Shown here in pieces: positions 40,022-49,173 of a stretch of 64,000 bases of DNA. A program made the position numbers and the translations under genes. Each line of letters begins with the position of its first letter. Within the stretch, counting starts at the first letter, position 1. The DNA is from a virus. The notes beneath the pieces are model-generated. The model was not told where the DNA came from. It worked only from the letters and a program-made list of their open reading frames with translations, and did not search any database. Location of the stretch: the IMG/VR virus record IMGVR_UViG_3300001868_000005; one strand, 5' to 3'.

Positions 40022-41001
40022 GATACTGAATTTTTGGCAATAGTTTTGTTTATTAATTCAAAAAGTGATTCCGTTTGGGGTATCATGCAGATAAGATCAA
40101 TATCTAACAAAGCATCTTCTACCTGTTTTCTTTTAAACTTTTTTATCATTTCATTATATTCAGTAAGACTTAAAAGCTTTTCGAGTGATTTTATGTTTGA
40201 ATATTTATTTATCAATAAATTATTAAAATCAATTAATTTTTCTTCACCTGTCTTTTTTCTTTCACATAAAGACAAATAAGATTCATCATTCCACCTTTTT
40301 TGATTTATGAACGTTTCTGGGTTGGGATGTTTCCATCCATCAAACTGACTATACTTTGAATATGATTCAATTCTTAGGTTTATTTCATGCCTTTCTTCAT
40401 CTGTCAAAATTTCCCATTTCTTCTTACAAACATTCTTTCCTGTCTTATTTGGATAATTTTCCCAGAAAAAAATAAATTCGTTATTTCTTTTTATTTTATT
40501 TAATTTACTATACTCTACTCTACTTTGTGGAGTTTCTGTATCAGGAATAACAGGTTCTTGTGGAGTTTCTGGAGTAGAAACTCCTTGTGTCTGGTCAATC
40601 TGTGGAATAAACGTTCCATTCTCTCGTCTTTTTCTTGTCTTTGATATTTCTTTAGACTGTTTCCTTTTTTCAAAAACGGGCTGTAAATTTTCATTTAGGC
40701 TCTCAGAAAAGATAAAATTATCCTTATTCACAAAAAGCATTTCTATTCTGATACAGTAATCTACCATGTTACGTATTTCTGTCACAGAAACCCCTAACTC
40801 TCCGGCAAACATCTCCAGTTCTATTTCTGAATTTTCTACCTCACAGCCATCCTGTTCTGTTAGATATTCAATAAACATAGCCCAAAAAGCATAGCCAAGA
40901 ACCTGTCCGAATTTATTTCGTAATGCTTTCACTTTTTTGTGATTTCTCATTGTGGTTAAGTGAGGAAAATAATCACAGTTATTTTTTAGAGGTCGTGCCA
41001 T
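40012..41001 (-). CDS. Replication initiator-like protein with DUF4373 N-terminus
   Basis: YFPH...MRN..KVK.LR.KFG..GYA.W...IEYL; C-terminal F..FW..YP.K.GK..C.KKW..L...PETFINQ.RW.DE. Confidence 0.75.
   Translation of the reverse strand: MARPLKNNCDYFPHLTTMRNHKKVKALRNKFGQVLGYAFWAMFIEYLTEQDGCEVENSEIELEMFAGELGVSVTEIRNMVDYCIRIEMLFVNKDNFIFSESLNENLQPVFEKRKQSKEISKTRKRRENGTFIPQIDQTQGVSTPETPQEPVIPDTETPQSRVEYSKLNKIKRNNEFIFFWENYPNKTGKNVCKKKWEILTDEERHEINLRIESYSKYSQFDGWKHPNPETFINQKRWNDESYLSLCERKKTGEEKLIDFNNLLINKYSNIKSLEKLLSLTEYNEMIKKFKRKQVEDALLDIDLICMIPQTESLFELINKTIAKNSVSCT
40501..40584. repeat. Iteron-like repeats inside the initiator gene (candidate replication origin)
   Basis: TTGTGGAGTTTCTG at 40525-40538 and 40558-40571; inverted AGAAACTCC 40576-40584; adjacent AT-rich tract and TACTC repeats. 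Confidence 0.5.
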
Positions 41002-41003
41002 AA

Positions 41004-41588
41004 TTAAAAGGGGAGTTTATCTTCTTTTGGTTCTGGGAGTAAATTATTTTTAGACAATATTGATTCAATAAATTCAACTTTTTGTTTCAGTTGGGATATG
41101 TATATATCATTAAAATCCACATCCTGTCTCAGTTGTATATTTCTTATTATTTCAGCCAATAATCCCCTCCTATTTAACGCATAGGATAAATTACTTAAAA
41201 CCTCATAAATATCAAATGATACATCATAAGTAAAGTGATTTACAAAATCAGATAAGTCTCCAACTAAATCTCCCCGCATTCCTTTTGATTCTATCTGGTT
41301 TATATTACCAACCAATTCCTTATATTTTTGTGGAATAACTTCTACTACTTGTTTTTCTTTTACTTGACTATGAATTTTATCGTGGCAATCACAACAAAGA
41401 ACCATAAATATATCGTTATCGTATTCCCAAGGCTTACGGCCTTTGATATATCTACTGTGATGTACGTGAAGTTGTTTATCTTCATTACCACATTCCTCAC
41501 ACTTAAACCCCCTTAGATTTAAAACGTCCAGTCTTTTCTTTTGCCATTTTGGTGACTGTAATAGGTCTGAATAGTTTATTTTAGCCAT
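41004..41588 (-). CDS. HNH-like zinc-binding protein
   Basis: YSDLL..PKWQKKRL..L....FKCEECG....LHVHH..Y....PWEY......LC..CH. Confidence 0.75.
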   Translation of the reverse strand: MAKINYSDLLQSPKWQKKRLDVLNLRGFKCEECGNEDKQLHVHHSRYIKGRKPWEYDNDIFMVLCCDCHDKIHSQVKEKQVVEVIPQKYKELVGNINQIESKGMRGDLVGDLSDFVNHFTYDVSFDIYEVLSNLSYALNRRGLLAEIIRNIQLRQDVDFNDIYISQLKQKVEFIESILSKNNLLPEPKEDKLPF

Positions 41589-41631
41589 AATATTATTATT
41601 TTACAATGTTGAATTCCAAAAGCTGACAAAA

Positions 41632-41787
41632 TTATACCTTAACGAGTGTAGTACCCATTACGGTAAGCGTTTTTAATGAACCTGATTTGATCTGAAGGTT
41701 TACCCATGACCTTGTTTTTCCTACCTTCTTAGCATATTCAGCCTGAGTGTAGAGGTCTTTCCTGATTTCTTTTGGTTGAATTGACAT
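41632..41787 (-). CDS. Small HTH/excisionase-like protein (51 aa, not in ORF track)
   Basis: LYTQAEYAKKVGKTRSWVNLQIKSG; own promoter 41837-41844 and leader hairpin 41812-41829. Confidence 0.6.
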   Translation of the reverse strand: MSIQPKEIRKDLYTQAEYAKKVGKTRSWVNLQIKSGSLKTLTVMGTTLVKV

Positions 41788-41884
41788 AGTTGAAATTAAG
41801 ATTGAAAAATTAGCCGACTTTCACCGGCTTTGACTGCAAAGATAGTCCATTCCAAACTACAATGCAAGTAAAATTAAAAATAAA

Positions 41885-42106
41885 TTAAATTATTTCTGCC
41901 AGACGTTTGTTTAGATAGTCGAGACACTCGTTATTATGTTCGATATTGTTATTTAAACCAATAATCAAAGCCCTTAGTTTGTCGTTTCGGCTTAAATTTC
42001 CATCTAACACGATTTCTTTGGCGAGGTTTTTAATAATCAGCCGGGTTTCTTTTGTGTCCTTATCGGTAAACCTTACAAATTTTTCCAGTATTTCTTTCTC
42101 TTTCAT
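41885..42106 (-). CDS. Hypothetical protein
   Basis: 73 aa coupled ORF. Confidence 0.55.
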   Translation of the reverse strand: MKEKEILEKFVRFTDKDTKETRLIIKNLAKEIVLDGNLSRNDKLRALIIGLNNNIEHNNECLDYLNKRLAEII

Positions 42107-42513
42107 TTGTATGTTTCAATTATGGAAATATACAATAATCTGTCTGGAATAAAATTAGACTTTGCCCTAATTTCGAGTAGTTGTAATTCTTCTGGACTGA
42201 ATTTGTTCTGCATGAACTTTGTATATTCAATTAAATTACCCGATAGGTGTGTATTACAGCGGTCACATTGGGCAAAAGTATTATTTAGGTCGAATTCAGT
42301 TCCAGGATGATTACCTGCGCTCCAGTAGTGTCCTGCGTGCATTTTAGTGCCTCGTATAATGAAATTCTGACCACACGAACAACAGGTAAACCACGATTCA
42401 TCTTTAGTATCTCTTTTTCTGACAAAGGCATGGAAATACTTCTTAGCTGTTTTTTTGAGTGCAGGCAGTGATTTACTTTTGTATTTCTGTATTTGTTGTG
42501 CGGTTAGTTCCAT
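42103..42513 (-). CDS. ninG: NinG-family recombination endonuclease
   Basis: F..FVR.RD....CCSCG....HAGHY......T.FDL.N...QC.RCN..LSGNLIEY...(M/L). Confidence 0.85.
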   Translation of the reverse strand: MELTAQQIQKYKSKSLPALKKTAKKYFHAFVRKRDTKDESWFTCCSCGQNFIIRGTKMHAGHYWSAGNHPGTEFDLNNTFAQCDRCNTHLSGNLIEYTKFMQNKFSPEELQLLEIRAKSNFIPDRLLYISIIETYK

Positions 42514-42958
42514 TATTCGTGGTTTAAAAGTAATTCAATGGCATATTCAATTTGTGCAATTGTTTGCTCTGTATCTTTAATCCTGTCTTTAAAATACTTT
42601 GTTTTCGGTCTAAGTTTCATTGACCTGTAAACATTTAATCTTGCCTTATATTCGGGTAAACTTGCTTCGAGTATTGAAATTGGTATTTTCATTTTGCTTC
42701 AAGTTTTAAAATTTTAGCCTCAAGTGCTTCAATGTCTCTTTCCAATTCTGCAATTGTATCTTCGCTTTCCTCAAAGTCGCTTTCCGCTTGTGTTAATGAA
42801 AACTCTAATTCCCTTACCCTCTCATCTGTTTTGTCTTCTTGAATTGTTTCAATACAGGTGTTCATAATTGAGGTCACTTCATCAAGTAAGTTCAGTTCCT
42901 GTAATTTATTGTAGAATTGAAGGTCGTTAGTTAAAATGTAAAGTTCGGCTTCGTTCAT
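42513..42958 (-). other. Small genes 42513-42692 and 42689-42958 (coiled coil)
   Basis: Coupled short ORFs. Confidence 0.55.
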
Positions 42959-43161
42959 TTTGTTTATTATTTATCGCAGCCCTCCGAGAGTTGAACATCG
43001 GTCTAATCCATCAGGGCTGTCAAACATTTGTTATGACAAAGTAAAAAGACTGACAATAAAGTTTCACGGAAATTATCAATCTCACTCGTGTATTATTCAG
43101 GGGTGGACTTTTGTTGGATTCGTTCATCTACTTTTATTTGGCTTTAGGGATAGTATTTTAA

Positions 43162-43701
43162 TCATTCAGTGTAATATCTCAGGTCACTTTTATTCTTTTG
43201 TTGGCCAGTAAGCATGTGACCTATAATCACTAATGACATATTCTCTTTTTCGCAAGCATATTTTAGACTATAATAAACTACATTTGTTTTTATGTTTATT
43301 ATTTTTCTACAACTACTACAAAGTTCGCCTACTCTTGTTTTCATATATTTAGAAACAGCAGACTTTTGTATATCAGAAGGTTTCTGTAATCCAGTCCTAT
43401 ATGCGTGTCTCATATTTTCCGACTGTGTGCACCACTCCAAATTTTCTGGTTTATTGTTTATTTTTACTCCGTCAATATGATTAACCTGTGGCTTATTTTC
43501 AGGGTTAGGTATATATGCCATAGCTATTAGCCTATGAACTGAAAATCTTTTTTCTGTTTTATTTCCACAAAGAATGACCTGAGCATAGCCACGGTTGCTA
43601 AGCGATATATTTAGGTACCGTCCAATACGTGTCCCCACCTTGCTGAATATCCTGCCATTTTCGCAAGCAAAATATCCCGGAAACCCTTCAATTTCTTTCA
43701 T
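43162..43701 (-). CDS. NUMOD4-HNH homing endonuclease
   Basis: IEGFPGY....GRIFS, VHRLIAMAYIPNPENKPQVNHIDG.K.NN..ENLEWCT..EN..HA. Confidence 0.9.
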   Translation of the reverse strand: MKEIEGFPGYFACENGRIFSKVGTRIGRYLNISLSNRGYAQVILCGNKTEKRFSVHRLIAMAYIPNPENKPQVNHIDGVKINNKPENLEWCTQSENMRHAYRTGLQKPSDIQKSAVSKYMKTRVGELCSSCRKIINIKTNVVYYSLKYACEKENMSLVIIGHMLTGQQKNKSDLRYYTE

Positions 43702-43711
43702 AATAATTATT

Positions 43712-44282
43712 TTATTGTTTTAGTTTTTTAGTTGGTTTCAGGCTAAGGGTTTTATAGGCGTCTGAAATTTCAGAATCTTTTATGCCAAGATATATCCTTG
43801 TGACACCGGAATTACTATGTCCCAATATTTCGCTAAGCAAAATAAGCGATGCTTCATTACCTCCGTTGTTATCAAAGATTGCACGAGCGAATGTTTTTCT
43901 CATAGTGTGATTGGAAACATTAATATCCCAAATTCCCAATCTATGAACGAGACTTTTTAGAACGTTTGAACATTGATTAGATTTTATGGGAACCACAAAT
44001 TCATCTTCATCTTTCATTAAATCTTCCTTGCACATGGAAATTAAATCAATAACGTCTTGTGTAAGTGTAATGTCTCTTTTCTTCTTTGTTTTTTCCTCTT
44101 GCACTTTAAGAATAGGTTTGATGTCCTTGTATTTTAGTTTCAAAATGTCACCAATACGCAATCCTGAGAAAAACCCCAAAGATACGAATGCTAAATATTG
44201 TGTAGATTGGAACTTTTCGTCTTTTTTTAGCATCTCAATAATTTTGAGAGCATCATTCCATTGCAAATAATCTGATCGCATA
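43712..44282 (-). CDS. Tyrosine recombinase/integrase (catalytic domain only)
   Basis: GLRIGD, EEKTKK, HTMRKTF, LGHSN...T.IY give the R-K-H-R-H-Y set. Likely start MRSDY at 44282, after promoter 44294-44301. Confidence 0.9.
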
Positions 44283-44293
44283 ATTTTTTTATG

Positions 44294-44406
44294 CAAATAT
44301 ACTACAATAATTATAGAAAAACACAAAATCAAATAATAACGCTTATCAATAATCATTATAAATTACGTGCTTAATGTAATTTTACCGAAAAATTGTTTTA
44401 TCTTTG
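44294..44406. promoter_or_regulatory. Divergent promoters (recombinase / SSB-glyco operon) with 17-bp dyad
   Basis: Minus TATATTTG 44294-44301; dyad 44346-44362; plus TATCTTTG 44399-44406. Confidence 0.7.
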
Positions 44407-44424
44407 TGGAAGAAAATAAAAGTA

Positions 44425-44837
44425 TGTTAAATCTAATTGCAACACCCGGAAAGTTGATCGAAGAGTGTACTGAAATACAGGCATTTTTAGATTGTGTAAT
44501 GAGTGAAGAAATAAGCGAAGCACTATTCAGGGGTAATCAAACAGCTACCTATAAATCAAGGACTGGCAAAATGATGGCAGATGCAAAATACCACCTTGAC
44601 AGCAAAATGAATAACGAAATAATGGAGACTCTGAAAAAGATCGCAAAAGACACACCATTCGCTACTTCTAAGACTGTAAATTTGCTCGTAGATTCATTAT
44701 GTAGAGATGAACATTATCTATATAAATGGGTAGAGAGACTAAATTCAACGTGTGCATATCAGTTAGATTGGTGTAGAACCGTTGTAAGTAATGCAAAAGC
44801 AGACAGGTACGCATCAAGGGGTGTAAACGGTCAATGA
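44425..44837 (+). CDS. Conserved hypothetical phage protein
   Basis: ATG 44425 follows promoter 44399-44406; ORF track 44367-44837. Confidence 0.65.
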
Positions 44838-45223
44838 ATAATATTCAGCAAAGAAGAAGATTAATTAAATTTAACAGAATAATGAACGAAAAAACAAAAG
44901 AATTACTAAAAGATATTATGACATTCCACCACGAAAGCGGAAGCGTAACAACACCGGACGTAGAGGACATCCAAAATGTTTACGATATTGTAATGTACGA
45001 AGTTGGAGACAAATTAAAAGAGCTTCAACACTTTAAGGATTCGTCGGTTGGTTTATTTTGTACCGACAAAAAACCAAAGGACTTGTTTTTAAATTCAATA
45101 AAAGATCAGTTCGATGTAATTCCAATTTATTCAAGCAAAAACCAATTAGTCGAGAATGTGGTGGCGCATTTTGATAAATTATGGAAAGAGTATTGTGATA
45201 GGATATTTTTTCAACTAAAGTAA
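44834..45223 (+). CDS. Hypothetical protein
   Basis: Coupled ORF. Confidence 0.55.
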   Translation: MNNIQQRRRLIKFNRIMNEKTKELLKDIMTFHHESGSVTTPDVEDIQNVYDIVMYEVGDKLKELQHFKDSSVGLFCTDKKPKDLFLNSIKDQFDVIPIYSSKNQLVENVVAHFDKLWKEYCDRIFFQLK

Positions 45224-45241
45224 AATTAATATAAATAAATT

Positions 45242-45598
45242 ATGGCAAATTATGAATTGAGCGGAAAACTCTTCGAGAAATTTCCGACACAGCAGGTAAC
45301 AGATAAGTTCAGAAAAAGAGAACTGGTCATCGAAGTTGCAGGAAGCAATTACACGCAACATATCAAGTTGCAACTCACAAAAGAACGTTGTGATATATTG
45401 GATAAATTCAATATAGGAGACGAAGTAAGGGCTACCATAAATATCAACGGCAGGCGTAGTGAAAAAGACGGCAAGGTTTCTTATTGGAACTCTCTCGATA
45501 TTTGGAAACTGGAATTGGTTAGTACAACGAACACATCAGCAAATCCAGCACAAGAAGTACCGTTTGAAGCTACGCCTGATGATGACCTACCCTTCTGA
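45242..45598 (+). CDS. ssb: Single-stranded DNA-binding protein (DUF3127-like)
   Basis: F.KRELVIE....Y.Q.I..QL....C..LD....GDEV....NI.GR; acidic DDDLPF tail. Confidence 0.85.
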   Translation: MANYELSGKLFEKFPTQQVTDKFRKRELVIEVAGSNYTQHIKLQLTKERCDILDKFNIGDEVRATININGRRSEKDGKVSYWNSLDIWKLELVSTTNTSANPAQEVPFEATPDDDLPF

Positions 45599-45611
45599 TA
45601 TTCAGTAAGTT

Positions 45612-46280
45612 ATGATAATTCTAAATCAACCCACAGGTCTTGGCGATATACTATTTACTATCCCCTTAGCACGACACTTCATCGGGCAGGGGGAGGTGGT
45701 AGTATATCCCTACGACCCTATTTTTGGAAACATCGGATGGCATTTTCCCGACATAGGGTTTATTCCTAAAGACTCTTTAAATCTGGACTACGAAGAAGAA
45801 AACGAGTACATGTTAGGAAACTGTCACGTATTCCCTTTGAGATTTGCTGACGAGAATTTACAGAACAATCCAAATACCATGCGAGCAAAGTATGATATGT
45901 TCGGACTTGACTTCAATATGTGGCGAACCCTAACATGGAGGCGTGGAGAATGCGAGAAATGGCTGTTTGAACGACTCAATCCCAACAACGAGGAATATAT
46001 CATAGTCAATAAGAACTGGCATCACACGAACCGAAAATGCGATTTTAAGGTATTTCCCAAGTTAAAGGTTATAGAAATGGAACCTATCGGTGGTTATACT
46101 TTACTTGACTGGGGATATTTGCTTGAAAACGCTAAGGAAATTCACACCGTAGGCACTTCTATCGTTTATATGCTTGAGATTTTAAATGTAAAGAATGTAC
46201 ATTTGTACAAGCGTCCGGGGGAATCTGGATTTAAAAATTACGATTATTTATTGAATAAAAAATACACGTATCATGGGTAA
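45612..46280 (+). CDS. Glycosyltransferase-like protein (GT-B/GT9-like)
   Basis: N-terminal QPTGLGDILF; C-terminal LLDW..LLENAKEIHTVGTS..Y. Confidence 0.55.
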   Translation: MIILNQPTGLGDILFTIPLARHFIGQGEVVVYPYDPIFGNIGWHFPDIGFIPKDSLNLDYEEENEYMLGNCHVFPLRFADENLQNNPNTMRAKYDMFGLDFNMWRTLTWRRGECEKWLFERLNPNNEEYIIVNKNWHHTNRKCDFKVFPKLKVIEMEPIGGYTLLDWGYLLENAKEIHTVGTSIVYMLEILNVKNVHLYKRPGESGFKNYDYLLNKKYTYHG

Positions 46281-46641
46281 AGGAGAAACATTATTCAGAG
46301 GGAAATTATTTAATAACAATTCATGGGTATATGGAGGTGCATTAATATGGAATGGTAAGGCAAGAATCATTCAGCATATTCAGTGCCTTAATTCTATTTG
46401 GACGACAAAAACGCATGACGTAAAGATAGAATCAGTAGGACAATTCACAGGGCTTTTAAATAAAGACGGATCAAAAATATTTAGCGGAAAAATAAGAATT
46501 GATATTTCTGGTATTGGTGGGGGTGAAGCTGAAATAAAAATGTTTGAGGGTAAATGGCAAATATTTGAAAGTTCACAGGGTTATTTACCGTTGTTTAATG
46601 CCCTTGAAAGAGATAATTTTATTATAACACAAGAACAATAA
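46273..46641 (+). CDS. YopX-family protein
   Basis: FRGK......WVYG ... ESVGQFTGL.NKDG.KIF.G. Confidence 0.8.
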   Translation: MGKGETLFRGKLFNNNSWVYGGALIWNGKARIIQHIQCLNSIWTTKTHDVKIESVGQFTGLLNKDGSKIFSGKIRIDISGIGGGEAEIKMFEGKWQIFESSQGYLPLFNALERDNFIITQEQ

Positions 46642-46645
46642 ACCC

Positions 46646-47599
46646 ATGCCAAGACTAATACAATACAACAACAAAGAATATTTCCACTTTCAGACCACAG
46701 GAAACTCTGCAAGGTTTATAATTCCGTTCGCAGAAGAACTCTGTATCGGGAATGGTTATGATATTGGTGCAGGGAATTGGAACTGGGCTTTAAGTGGCGC
46801 AGAAGTGATCGACACAAAGTTAAACGGACTAAATGGCGACAACCTGCCACCCGATTTGGTTGACTATATTTTCTCCTCTCACTGCCTTGAACACTGCGAT
46901 AATTGGGTAAACACTTTAGAACATTGGTTAAGCCGAATAAGACTTGGTGGAGTGCTGTTTTTGTACCTACCGGACTACTCACAGGAGTACTGGCGTAGTT
47001 GGTCGAACCGCAAACACAAGCATAACCTACGACCCGAAGAAATCAAAGACTTTTTGCAGTCAAAAGGACTAAAAGTTTTCACCTCGGGAGTTGACCTGAA
47101 TAATTCATTCTCAGTAGTGGCATTTAAGCAACTCGACCCTTACGGCTCACATATCCCCACATTTGACAGGATATTTGCAAAGAACAAAATAAAAACAGTC
47201 TTAGAGTTCGGTGGCGGAGATCACAGTACTCCGTATTTCATCGAGAAAGGCTGCACGGTACACTCTATTGAGATGCAATCAGAAGAATGGTATAATCATA
47301 TAGTTGAGAGGAATCCTACGGCTAAAGTATTCTTTGATCTTGGCAAAGATGGTTGGAGGAATCTGATTCCTATTTTAAGCGACCACTACGATTTAATTTT
47401 TGTCGATGGTCATTTAGATTCACGTCCCGAATGTGCGAATTGGGCTAAGAACCACACCGATATAATAGTCTTACACGACACCGAAGCGCACTGTTATGGT
47501 TGGCAAAGACTTCAACTAAACGACTGGATAAAATACGAAGATATTGAAAATCACCCACAAACACAAGCGTATGGACGTAATAGTAATCCCTGTATATAA
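46646..47599 (+). CDS. Two-domain class I SAM-dependent methyltransferase
   Basis: Domain 1: GYDIGAG, DYIFSSHCLEH, GGVLFLYLP. Domain 2: VLEFGGG..ST, YDLIFVDG...RPEC, IIVLHDT. Confidence 0.75.
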   Translation: MPRLIQYNNKEYFHFQTTGNSARFIIPFAEELCIGNGYDIGAGNWNWALSGAEVIDTKLNGLNGDNLPPDLVDYIFSSHCLEHCDNWVNTLEHWLSRIRLGGVLFLYLPDYSQEYWRSWSNRKHKHNLRPEEIKDFLQSKGLKVFTSGVDLNNSFSVVAFKQLDPYGSHIPTFDRIFAKNKIKTVLEFGGGDHSTPYFIEKGCTVHSIEMQSEEWYNHIVERNPTAKVFFDLGKDGWRNLIPILSDHYDLIFVDGHLDSRPECANWAKNHTDIIVLHDTEAHCYGWQRLQLNDWIKYEDIENHPQTQAYGRNSNPCI

Positions 47600-48182
47600 C
47601 AGACCCGAATATCTGGAACGAACACTGAAATCGGTGTTTGAAAATCACAATGGTGAGTTTATTCTTATTTCAGACGATGGATCTACTGATAAGAAAGTCC
47701 AAGACGTGCTGAATAAGTATTTCGAGTTAGCAGATATTAGTGGAATAATTATGCAGTGGTTTACTTTTGAAAACGCAGGGATAGCACAGAATTTAAAGCG
47801 AGTACTGGATAAATGTAAAAGCTACGATACGATAATTACCCTGGATTCAGATTTTATCGTAAAGAAAGACTGGGTGAAGAAGTTAAAAGAGTTAGTGGCT
47901 GAAAACGTAATAGTTACAGGATTTAACGCACCGAGACATCCTATTATTAAAAGTGGTAAATTCCACGTAAAAAAGACTATCGGTGGAGGTAATTTGTGCT
48001 TTACTTTCGAGACTTATTTGAAGTTTATCAGACCGTATCTTATTGATCAAATGTGGGACTGGAGTATGAGTTACAATGCCCCAAGGCTTTTATGTACAAA
48101 TCCGAGTGTTTGTCAACATATTGGAGTTCAGAGCGCAATGGGACACGTAAATGCTGATGTTGCGAAAGATTTTAAATTGTAG
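47571..48182 (+). CDS. Glycosyltransferase family 2
   Basis: VIVIPVYNRPEYL..TL.SV, ISDDGSTD, ITLDSD, QHIG. Confidence 0.85.
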   Translation: MDVIVIPVYNRPEYLERTLKSVFENHNGEFILISDDGSTDKKVQDVLNKYFELADISGIIMQWFTFENAGIAQNLKRVLDKCKSYDTIITLDSDFIVKKDWVKKLKELVAENVIVTGFNAPRHPIIKSGKFHVKKTIGGGNLCFTFETYLKFIRPYLIDQMWDWSMSYNAPRLLCTNPSVCQHIGVQSAMGHVNADVAKDFKL

Positions 48183-48202
48183 TACCTTTACAGAAAAAAG
48201 CC

Positions 48203-48484
48203 ATGAAAGAGTGCAAAAAATGTGAGTCACAGAAAGAAGAAATTGAATTTACCGACCAGAACGGGCTACATAACGTCTGTAATAAATGTAGAGGGTCATT
48301 GAAAAAACCAGTTGTTGTGGTTCCTGAGAAAGTGAGCGACAAGCCGGTAAGCGTAAAAACTACGACACCTGAAGTGAAAAAGGTGGTTGTTCCAACTAAA
48401 AAAGTTGTAGCACCTGCACCGAAAAATGTCCCTGTACCGGAAGAACCAGCCAATGAGGGGCCGGTGTCTGTACGGGAAAAATAA
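48203..48484 (+). CDS. Small protein, CxxC..CxxC plus Lys/Pro/Val-rich tail
   Basis: CKKC, CNKC and a low-complexity C-terminus. Confidence 0.55.
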   Translation: MKECKKCESQKEEIEFTDQNGLHNVCNKCRGSLKKPVVVVPEKVSDKPVSVKTTTPEVKKVVVPTKKVVAPAPKNVPVPEEPANEGPVSVREK

Positions 48485-48509
48485 GTTTGCTATTTGTAAG
48501 AAAAAAGAC

Positions 48510-48606
48510 TATCTTTGTATCTGAAATCTGACGACCAGCAGATAAACAGTAATTATTTCTGAAAACCTTGTTCCGAGAGTCTGGTCGCTCAAAGAACGAG
48601 GTTTTC
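48510..48606 (+). promoter_or_regulatory. Promoter plus pseudoknotted leader RNA
   Basis: TATCTTTG 48510; CGACCAG 48532-48538 complementary to loop CTGGTCG 48581-48587; 13-bp stem. Confidence 0.7.
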
Positions 48607-48622
48607 TATTTTAAACAAACTT

Positions 48623-49171
48623 ATGAAAAAAGAACCACATTTAATCAAAGTTGACGGAAAGCTATTTTACGAAATGGCAGAGTTTCTAATCGAAAAGGAT
48701 GCAAAAGACACTGACGAGTACGGTGACGTATTAATTCGTGTTCAGAACGCACAACAGTACGCTTTTGGCAAAGCAACAGAGTACAGACCTCGTTATAAAG
48801 AACGTGGCACAGGCGACCTGCTTATGTTCTGGATGAACGTGTACGAGGTACTTCAGGACGTACATATCTCAAAAGAACCAATGCAGGCTGAATCTGATGA
48901 ATTAGAAATCAATGAAACAAGAATTGCAGATCAGGATATGGAGTGCGGTGCTTGTGAGTGGTTCAAGAATAACGATATTGACATTTCTGGATTTACCAAA
49001 TCCAAACAAAAGAATGTAAGAAAAGCAGAAAAGAACGGATTTAAGATCCTAAAGGGTGAAAAATATTTGTACCAGAAAACAACTAACGAGGACGGTGATG
49101 AATTTGAGTTTACCGCTATCCGGGCTATACATGAGATTTGTGGTAAGTATGGGATCTATCAATACGATTAA
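48623..49171 (+). CDS. Hypothetical protein with own promoter and structured leader
   Basis: 182 aa ORF after promoter 48510-48517. Confidence 0.65.
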   Translation: MKKEPHLIKVDGKLFYEMAEFLIEKDAKDTDEYGDVLIRVQNAQQYAFGKATEYRPRYKERGTGDLLMFWMNVYEVLQDVHISKEPMQAESDELEINETRIADQDMECGACEWFKNNDIDISGFTKSKQKNVRKAEKNGFKILKGEKYLYQKTTNEDGDEFEFTAIRAIHEICGKYGIYQYD

Positions 49172-49173
49172 TC

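Noticed and set aside
42977-43019. Hairpin CAGCCCT/AGGGCTG with CCGAGAG core as a fifth leader-pseudoknot copy
   Set aside because: The core is on the strand opposite the downstream gene, there is no nearby promoter, the inner stem closes differently and only distant G-U-containing partners exist for the loop. Possibly a relic or simple stability hairpin.
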